Source of the DNA: Bacteroidia bacterium
GTDB lineage: Bacteria; Bacteroidota; Bacteroidia; UKL13-3
Direction: 5' to 3'
DNA length: 64,000 nt
NCBI GenBank assembly: GCA_041665785.1
Contig: JBAYIE010000003.1
Location: 14,120-78,119 of the forward strand
In this document: piece after piece, positions 53,551-61,148 of the stretch
How the letters are laid out: every line of letters starts with the position of its first letter
Numbering within the stretch: the stretch's first letter is position 1
Translations under genes and position numbers: made by a program
Notes under the pieces: model-generated
Databases searched by the model: none
Seen by the model: only the letters and a program-made list of their open reading frames with translations
What the model was told of the DNA's origin: nothing

Positions 53551-55338
53551 ATGAACCATATCAGAAATTTTTGCATCATTGCCCATATTGATCACGGTAA
53601 AAGCACCCTGGCCGATCGTTTACTCGAGTACACGCAAACCATTGCCAAGCGGGATATGCAGGCCCAGTTGCTCGACGATATGGATCTGGAACGTGAACGT
53701 GGTATAACTATAAAAAGCCATGCCATCCAGATGAACTACAAACTGGACGGTAAGGACTATACCTTAAACCTGATCGACACCCCGGGCCATGTGGATTTTT
53801 CCTATGAAGTTTCGCGTTCAATTGCAGCTTGTGATGGAGCCTTACTGATTGTTGATTCTTCACAAGGTATTGAAGCTCAAACCATCTCCAACCTGTATCT
53901 GGCTATTGAACAGGGATTGGAAATTATTCCGGTTTTAAACAAAATTGATCTTCCGCATTCTATGCCGGAAGAAGTAAGCGACCAGATTGTAGACCTGATC
54001 GGTTGCAAATACGAAGATATATTACGGGCAAGCGGCAAAACCGGTGAAGGGGTACACGAAATTCTCCGCGCCATTGTAGATCGCATTCCACCCCCAAAAG
54101 GCAGCACCGATAAGCCTTTGAAAGCCATTATTTTTGATTCAGTTTTTAATTCATTCCGTGGAATTATTGCTTATTTCAGGGTTTATGACGGTGTGATTAA
54201 AAAAGGGGATAAAGTTAAATTCTTTGCAACCGGTAAAGAATACCTGGCCGATGAGGTAGGCGTATTGCGCATGGATCTGGAACCGAAAAGCGAAGTAAGA
54301 GCAGGCGATGTAGGATATATTATTTCGGGAATTAAAGAAGCACGCGAAGTAAAAGTGGGAGATACGCTGACCCATGTCGACCGCCCAACCACCGATCCGG
54401 TAAGGGGATTCGAAGATGTGAAGCCCATGGTATTTGCCGGTATTTATCCGGTAGATACGGAAGATTTCGAAGAATTGCGCGAGAGCATGTACAAGCTGCA
54501 ACTCAATGATGCTTCTCTTTCTTTTGAACCGGAAACATCGGCTGCTTTGGGATTTGGTTTTCGCTGCGGATTTCTGGGTATGTTGCATATGGAAATTATT
54601 CAGGAACGCCTCGAGCGCGAATTCGGAATGACCGTAATTACCACAGTTCCCAATGTATCATTCCATTGCTTTACCAACAAAGGGGAAATGAATGTGGTGA
54701 ACAATCCCAGTGATTTACCCGATCCGAATTATATCGAACATATTGAAGAACCTTTTATTTCAGCACAAATAATCACGCGCAGCGAATATGTGGGTGCCAT
54801 CATGGGGCTGTGCCTGGGCAAACGTGGTATTTTGATCAATCAGGTGTATTTAACAACAGATCGCGTTGAAATGAAATTTGATATGCCATTGGCTGAGGTG
54901 GTATTCGACTTCTTTGATAAGTTGAAAACCATTTCACGCGGATATGCCTCATTCGATTATCATCCAATTGGTTACCGCGATGGAGATATGGTAAAGCTGG
55001 ATATTTTGCTGAACAAAGACAATGTGGATGCCTTGTCGGCTATTATTCACCGCGATCGTGCGTATGAATGGGGTAAACGGATCTGCGAAAAACTTAAAGA
55101 ACTGATTCCGCGTCACCAGTTTGAGATCCCTATTCAGGCGTCTATCGGTACTAAGGTAATAGCCCGCGAAACCATAAAAGCATTGCGCAAGGATGTTACC
55201 GCCAAGTGTTATGGTGGAGATATTTCGCGTAAGCGTAAACTGCTCGAGAAACAAAAAGAAGGAAAACGAAGGATGAAGCAGGTAGGGAATGTAGAAATTC
55301 CTCAAAGCGCATTCATGGCGGTGTTGAAACTGGATTAA
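53551..55338 (+). CDS. lepA: Elongation factor 4
   Basis: [16 protein letters not shown]1 motif, DTPGHVDF, and a LepA-specific C-terminal domain. 595 aa. Confidence 0.95.
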   Translation: MNHIRNFCIIAHIDHGKSTLADRLLEYTQTIAKRDMQAQLLDDMDLERERGITIKSHAIQMNYKLDGKDYTLNLIDTPGHVDFSYEVSRSIAACDGALLIVDSSQGIEAQTISNLYLAIEQGLEIIPVLNKIDLPHSMPEEVSDQIVDLIGCKYEDILRASGKTGEGVHEILRAIVDRIPPPKGSTDKPLKAIIFDSVFNSFRGIIAYFRVYDGVIKKGDKVKFFATGKEYLADEVGVLRMDLEPKSEVRAGDVGYIISGIKEAREVKVGDTLTHVDRPTTDPVRGFEDVKPMVFAGIYPVDTEDFEELRESMYKLQLNDASLSFEPETSAALGFGFRCGFLGMLHMEIIQERLEREFGMTVITTVPNVSFHCFTNKGEMNVVNNPSDLPDPNYIEHIEEPFISAQIITRSEYVGAIMGLCLGKRGILINQVYLTTDRVEMKFDMPLAEVVFDFFDKLKTISRGYASFDYHPIGYRDGDMVKLDILLNKDNVDALSAIIHRDRAYEWGKRICEKLKELIPRHQFEIPIQASIGTKVIARETIKALRKDVTAKCYGGDISRKRKLLEKQKEGKRRMKQVGNVEIPQSAFMAVLKLD

Positions 55339-55420
55339 CATTTCCTGCAAAGACGCAGGTTAAAGCCTGTTTATCATCACCTTTTATTATCCCGGATAAT
55401 AATTATTTTGCGCTCATATT

Positions 55421-56284
55421 ATGCAACTATTAAACGGAAACGAAGTATCGAAACATGTTCGCAGCCAGATCAAGGCTGATGTCGATCAACTCAAAGCGCA
55501 AGGTAAAAAAGTACCGCATCTGGCAGCCATTCTGGTAGGAGAAGACGGTGCTAGCCGAACCTATGTGAATGCCAAAGAAAAAGACTGTCACGAGGTGGGA
55601 TTCGATTCTACTGTATTGCGGTTTGAGGCCTCCATCACTGAAGAGGAGTTGCTCCATGAAGTGGAGAAGATCAATGCAAATCCGGATATAGACGGCCTGA
55701 TTGTGCAATTGCCATTACCCAAACATATCAGTACTAACCGCATCACGCAGGCTATCGACTGGCGGAAAGATGTAGATGGTTTTCATCCCATGAATGTTGG
55801 ATTGATGTTTAAAGGGTTACCGTGTTTTCTTCCGGCAACTCCCATGGGCGTTATTCAACTCATCGAACATTACGGAATAGAAACTTCGGGTAAAGATTGT
55901 GTAGTGCTTGGTAGAAGCGATATTGTAGGCAAGCCTATGAGTGCACTTATGTTGCAGAAGAATTGCACCGTTACTGTTTGTCATAGTAAAACAGTTAACC
56001 TCAACGCATATCTTCAAAAAGCAGACATAATTATTGCAGCCATCGGTATTCCGGAATTTGTAAAGGCTGAAATGGTGAAGGAAGGTGCAGTGGTAATTGA
56101 TGTTGGCATTACCCGTACAGATGATCCGGCCGCAAAAAATGGTTTCCGGTTAAAAGGTGATGTAAAATACGACGAAGTGGCTCCGAAATGCAGCTGGATT
56201 ACACCGGTACCGGGAGGAGTGGGACCTATGACAAGAGTGGGATTGTTGTTGAATACGCTGAGGGCGGTTAAGGTCAGGGTATAA
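55421..56284 (+). CDS. folD: Bifunctional methylenetetrahydrofolate dehydrogenase/methenyltetrahydrofolate cyclohydrolase
   Basis: 287 aa, …[16 protein letters not shown]…[10 protein letters not shown]…. Confidence 0.93.
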   Translation: MQLLNGNEVSKHVRSQIKADVDQLKAQGKKVPHLAAILVGEDGASRTYVNAKEKDCHEVGFDSTVLRFEASITEEELLHEVEKINANPDIDGLIVQLPLPKHISTNRITQAIDWRKDVDGFHPMNVGLMFKGLPCFLPATPMGVIQLIEHYGIETSGKDCVVLGRSDIVGKPMSALMLQKNCTVTVCHSKTVNLNAYLQKADIIIAAIGIPEFVKAEMVKEGAVVIDVGITRTDDPAAKNGFRLKGDVKYDEVAPKCSWITPVPGGVGPMTRVGLLLNTLRAVKVRV

Positions 56285-56296
56285 GGCTTAGTGCAG

Positions 56297-56480
56297 ATTC
56301 CTTTGAAGGGGAAGCACCCTACCAATAACGTATTAACCAATAACCATTAACTAAAAGGGAGTCGCGCATTCGGAGATGCACTGTAGTTTCCTTTGAAGGG
56401 GAAGCTCCCTACCAATAACGTATTAACCAATAACCATTAACTAAAAGGGAGTCGCACATTCGGAGATGCGCTGCGACGCT
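56297..56480. repeat. 90-bp tandem repeat (2 copies) containing ACCAATAACGTATTAACCAATAACCATTAACTAA plus an imperfect gcgcat…atgcgc hairpin
   Basis: Units 56298-56387 and 56388-56477 are about 95% identical. They begin immediately after the folD stop. Confidence 0.85.
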
Positions 56481-56757
56481 CCAAATAATTAGACTTTAGG
56501 TAATCATTATAAAAAGCCTTATCACTATAAGAATTGCCGCAACAAAGTTTAAAGCAATTCTAACACACCATTTTCCCAGGTTATTTACATTCAACCGCCA
56601 ATGCCGTTGGTAAGGGGACATAATTACATAATTACATACTTACACAGCTCCACAAATTCATACTTACACCGCTCAACAAACTCCAATAACATGCAGTCAT
56701 AAACCATATCACGGCATTATGTTATCTTTGTGCGGCCATTTCATAATCTAAAGGCAC

Positions 56758-57390
56758 ATGACTATTCCTGTTTCAGATATTTTAATTAGTCCGCAAGAAT
56801 TTCCCGTGATGGAGCATTTTTATACCATTCAGGGAGAAGGTTTTCATGCAGGACGTGCAGCCTATTTTATTCGTCTGGGTGGTTGTGATGTTGGATGTGT
56901 GTGGTGTGATGTGAAGGAAAGTTGGGATGTAGCCTTGCACCCAATGATTTCCGTTTCAGATCTGGTAAAACACGTACGCGATGTTCATGCCCAGGTAGCG
57001 GTAATCACTGGTGGAGAACCGCTTTTACATAGGTTGGATCCATTAACCAACGCACTGCAAGCGTCAGGGGTCAAAACCCATATTGAAACTTCCGGATCAT
57101 CTCCGCTTAGCGGAACATGGGATTGGATTTGTGTATCCCCAAAGAAATTTAAAGCGCCATTGAAGGAGGTGATTGCTGCAGCAGATGAATTGAAAATTGT
57201 AGTGTTTAACAAAAGTGATTTTGCATGGGCCAGTCAATGGGCAGCCTTGGTAAAACCCGGTTGCAAACTATTTCTTCAACCCGAATGGGATCAACGCGAA
57301 AAAGTGATTCCCCTGATCATAGAGTTTGTGAAGACAAACCCACAATGGGAAATCTCCTTACAGGTACATAAATACATGCAAATTCCTTAG
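56758..57390 (+). CDS. queE: 7-carboxy-7-deazaguanine synthase (radical SAM)
   Basis: Cx3Cx2C-type cluster motif CDVGCVWCD. About 210 aa, the compact QueE form. Confidence 0.8.
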   Translation: MTIPVSDILISPQEFPVMEHFYTIQGEGFHAGRAAYFIRLGGCDVGCVWCDVKESWDVALHPMISVSDLVKHVRDVHAQVAVITGGEPLLHRLDPLTNALQASGVKTHIETSGSSPLSGTWDWICVSPKKFKAPLKEVIAAADELKIVVFNKSDFAWASQWAALVKPGCKLFLQPEWDQREKVIPLIIEFVKTNPQWEISLQVHKYMQIP

Positions 57391-59963
57391 GCTGCGCTTT
57401 GTTTGTGGCGGTCGCTGTTTGATTGCTCATTCAATTTTCTGAATTCATCAATGCGCCTGAAAATGGCAAACAAAAAGCCGATGATCATAATGATGGTACC
57501 ACTCCATACCAGATTAATCCAGGGGAATTTGATGGCTTTCATGATGATGAATTCATTGGATGTATCCTTATCGGCCAACTCTACGGAGATTTGCCCGGTC
57601 TTTGGATCTACACCGGTAAACTGAATCCTCATACCGGCTTCTTCCAGTTCGGCAGGATATTGAACAATGGAATTTTTCTGAATACCAAAAATGGATTGAG
57701 CAGGAATTGTTTTTTCGAGGGTTATTAATTCGAAATCGGCACTCAGCAAAACCTTCATTTCCGACATATCAATTTCTTTGTTGTCTTTAACATTGGAAGA
57801 AACAGCTTTTAAAACCAGATAACCTTTGTTGGTTACCAGCGTATCTCCGGTTTTCATCTGATGGGTAACCGGATGAATGTATTTGGCTTCGGATTTATTT
57901 TTTGGTACCGAACTGATATAGGTAAAGATATCGTGTGAGATATAATGTTTTGTATCCGGATTGGCTACCAGTCCCATTTTCGGATTGATTTGTCCGTTGG
58001 GGTAAAGGTCAAATTCATATTCAACCGCATTGGTTTTCGGGTTGATTTTTTTGTAATGCACCTGATAATAATTATTCACCCATTCGGTTGAATCGCTCAC
58101 ATATTCTATTTCATATTCACCCATGCGCAAAGGCTTGCCTTTTTCTAGATAAACATGTTCAGTATTTGCTTTCTCATCAAATTCAGGATTGAGCATCTGT
58201 CCGCTTTGGTTGATGCTGATTACTTCTTTGTTGGCCGAAGAAACAAGCACACCGATTACCAAAACGCCGAAACCGATATGTGCAATGGCCGAACCTGCCG
58301 AACGAATGCGCCCTTTCAGCATAGGAAGCAGGATGGATGCATTGGCGGATAATCCGTATAAAGCGGCAAACAGTAATCCCGAATAAAACCAATTCTGCAA
58401 TTCAAAAAAGAACATCAAACCAATGGTTAACAACAAGGCAATAGCTGCATGGATACCAATACGTTTTATCGCATCTGTATTTTTCTTGAATTTTAAGAGT
58501 TGCGCCACACCGGTCAGGATTGCCAGCATAATGGCAATAGGCATTTGAAATCGATTGTAGTGCGAGATGGCATCTACCGGTGGTGCAATATTCAATCCGA
58601 AGAGTTTGCTGAATACCGGAATAGAGGTGGTAAAGGCAATCTGAAAGGCAGAAATCAACAATACAAGACTTCCAATAAACATCCAGAACTCGCGCGTGTA
58701 AACTGCTTCCTCTTTTTCGGAGCGGGGAATGGTTTTGAAGAGGCTGTAAAAATTGTAACCGAGAAAACCAAATCCGAGGATAATCAATGGCCAGTTGCTC
58801 ATTCCCCATTTTTCTATTGCAATCAGACCGAAAATAAACAAAATGAATGCACCTATATATGTTAATTTCAGCACTCGGGATTGCAACAAAACAAATGCCG
58901 GTAACCACACAAACAACATCATGAATACGAGTAGTTGTCCGCTCATGCCCAAATCGGTAAACGAGTGCACAGATGCGTTGCCCAATATTCCGCTACGTGT
59001 TAAAAAAGTGGCATACAATACCAGAATAAATGTTGTAAGTATCAACAAAAATCCCATGTTCAATGCATTTCCGCTGTGTTTGTAAATCAGCATTACATGC
59101 ATACCGGCTATCAAAATCAACCAGGGTATAAGCGATGCATTTTCTACGGGATCCCAAGCCCAATAACCACCAAAACTTAAACTTTCATAAGCCCAGAATC
59201 CACCCATGATAATACCCGTACCCAATACCATTACACTGACCAATGCCCAGGGTAGGGCAGGTTTAAGCCAACCGGTAAAATCGCGCTTCCAAAGTGCAGC
59301 TACTGCATAGGCATAAGGAACAATGGTTGTGGCAAATCCAAAAAACAACGTAGGCGGATGAATGACCATCCAATAATTTTGAAGGAGTGGATTGAGACCG
59401 TTTCCATCTGTTATTTTACTCAGGTAATCCGGACGTTTAAAGATAGGAGCATTACCCATGGCAACGCGTAATAATTCGAATGGACTGCTTCCCAATTTGT
59501 ATCCCAAAATTTTGACACCAATGAGCATGGAGGTTAATGCAATTTGAGATAGCATCACTACGGCCATCACCGGATTTGTCCATTTTCCGGCTGTACGAAT
59601 CAGGATATTTCCAATGACCATCTGCCAGAAAATCCACAACAAAAAACTGCCTTCCTGCCCTTCCCAGAAACAGGAGATCATGTATTCTACCGGCAAGTCG
59701 CGCGATGAATGCTGCCAGGCATAATGGTATTCAAACATATGCTGGTGAATGATATAGAATAATATCCCTACAATACTGAGCACTGCTACAGTATGCGTAT
59801 GAAATGCCCATTTAGCAATGTTCGACCAGGTTTCATCGTTGCGTTGAGTGGCAAAAAAATAGGCCAGCGTTGCCAGAATGGAAGTGCCAAAGGCCAATAC
59901 CACCGCAAAATGTCCAAGGTTTCCGAATATCAGGTTTTCACCTGCAAATTGAAGTTCGTTCAT
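57387..59963 (-). CDS. ccsA: Cytochrome c biogenesis protein CcsA/CcsBA long form (System II)
   Basis: WWD-type tryptophan-rich motif WGGYWAWDPVENASLIPWL. More than 14 TM plus a soluble domain. Confidence 0.7.
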   Translation of the reverse strand: MNELQFAGENLIFGNLGHFAVVLAFGTSILATLAYFFATQRNDETWSNIAKWAFHTHTVAVLSIVGILFYIIHQHMFEYHYAWQHSSRDLPVEYMISCFWEGQEGSFLLWIFWQMVIGNILIRTAGKWTNPVMAVVMLSQIALTSMLIGVKILGYKLGSSPFELLRVAMGNAPIFKRPDYLSKITDGNGLNPLLQNYWMVIHPPTLFFGFATTIVPYAYAVAALWKRDFTGWLKPALPWALVSVMVLGTGIIMGGFWAYESLSFGGYWAWDPVENASLIPWLILIAGMHVMLIYKHSGNALNMGFLLILTTFILVLYATFLTRSGILGNASVHSFTDLGMSGQLLVFMMLFVWLPAFVLLQSRVLKLTYIGAFILFIFGLIAIEKWGMSNWPLIILGFGFLGYNFYSLFKTIPRSEKEEAVYTREFWMFIGSLVLLISAFQIAFTTSIPVFSKLFGLNIAPPVDAISHYNRFQMPIAIMLAILTGVAQLLKFKKNTDAIKRIGIHAAIALLLTIGLMFFFELQNWFYSGLLFAALYGLSANASILLPMLKGRIRSAGSAIAHIGFGVLVIGVLVSSANKEVISINQSGQMLNPEFDEKANTEHVYLEKGKPLRMGEYEIEYVSDSTEWVNNYYQVHYKKINPKTNAVEYEFDLYPNGQINPKMGLVANPDTKHYISHDIFTYISSVPKNKSEAKYIHPVTHQMKTGDTLVTNKGYLVLKAVSSNVKDNKEIDMSEMKVLLSADFELITLEKTIPAQSIFGIQKNSIVQYPAELEEAGMRIQFTGVDPKTGQISVELADKDTSNEFIIMKAIKFPWINLVWSGTIIMIIGFLFAIFRRIDEFRKLNEQSNSDRHKQSAA

Positions 59964-60019
59964 GAAAGATAAATGTAATGTGCAAAGGTAAGGAAAGAAT
60001 AGGAATTAACGGTGCAGGG

Positions 60020-61147
60020 TCAATCCTCATCCTTCTGTTGCAATTGCATCAGCAGGCTGTATGCCCCGTGTATTACAAAGTCTTTGTCCATCAGGTTTTC
60101 CAAACCCTTTTCTACCGGTGTTTGTCCGTTTTGCGAAGGTCCAATACTTACTTCGGTCATTGTAAAAGTTTTATCGGCCGATACGTAGAATACATATGTT
60201 TTCCCTTCAAAACTCACAATGGCATCATCGGGGAGAAGGTATGCCACAACAGGTGAGAGTGGAATTTCAGCATTCATATACATTCCCGGCATCAGGGTTT
60301 TGTCATAATCTTCAAAATGACAATGCACTTCAGCACTGTGATCCTGATCCAGATTTTTGCTGATGAGCAGGATGCTTGCTTCGTGCCTGGTTTCAGGTGC
60401 TGAATTATTGTATGCCCACACTTTTTGACCTACATGAAGCTTTACCAGGTCTTTTTCAAAAACCTTCATTTTTAAGTGAATATCATCAGGATTAACCAGT
60501 TCAAAAACCACATCGGAAGGATTTACATACTTTCCTATGTTTACATTGACTTTGGCAACAAAACCATCGATGGGTGAAAGTACATTAACCGAACGAGACA
60601 AGGATTGTTCAGTGAGTTTTTCAGGATTAACCGAGATGAGCAAGAGTTTTTCGGACAACGATTTCAGCATCACTTTTTGTGAATTGAAATCTGACTCTGC
60701 TTGCTGAAGTGCTTTGTCGCTGCCTGCTTTTTGTATATTTAATTCCTGTTGACGGGTCAGTTCTTTTTGCATTAGTTCCAATTTACTTTTTGCGGTCAGG
60801 TATTCCTGTTGCAATTGGATAAACTGGGGATCTTCAATCCGGGCTATAACTTCGTTTTTGTGCACATGCATACCGGCCAGTAAATGCGATTCTTTGATGT
60901 ATCCTCCTAACGGGAAGCTGACTGAGACAATATTTTGCGGAGGCACTTCAATGGTTCCAAAAACGCGCAGCATCGGAGCGATTTTTTCCTGTTTGCCTTT
61001 TCCGGTTTGTACTTCGGCATTTTTTATCTGATCATCAGTAAGTGTCAGGACAAAGTTATTTTCGTCAGTCTGGTTGGCCTCTTCAGGTGCTTGTGAATTG
61101 CAGGACCATAAGGTTAAAACAAGAAAGCATATCGTAAGTAATTTCAT
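60020..61147 (-). CDS. Efflux RND transporter periplasmic adaptor (membrane fusion protein, CzcB-like)
   Basis: Lipoprotein-like signal, coiled-coil hairpin, beta-barrel and MP domains. Lies 1 nt downstream of the permease gene. Confidence 0.85.
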   Translation of the reverse strand: MKLLTICFLVLTLWSCNSQAPEEANQTDENNFVLTLTDDQIKNAEVQTGKGKQEKIAPMLRVFGTIEVPPQNIVSVSFPLGGYIKESHLLAGMHVHKNEVIARIEDPQFIQLQQEYLTAKSKLELMQKELTRQQELNIQKAGSDKALQQAESDFNSQKVMLKSLSEKLLLISVNPEKLTEQSLSRSVNVLSPIDGFVAKVNVNIGKYVNPSDVVFELVNPDDIHLKMKVFEKDLVKLHVGQKVWAYNNSAPETRHEASILLISKNLDQDHSAEVHCHFEDYDKTLMPGMYMNAEIPLSPVVAYLLPDDAIVSFEGKTYVFYVSADKTFTMTEVSIGPSQNGQTPVEKGLENLMDKDFVIHGAYSLLMQLQQKDED

Positions 61148-61148
61148 A

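Noticed and set aside
56481-56757. Possible preQ1 riboswitch upstream of queE
   Set aside because: I looked for the preQ1-I hallmark (small hairpin followed by an A-rich tail AAAAAACUAA) and for preQ1-II features and found neither. Not called; only an Infernal scan could settle it.
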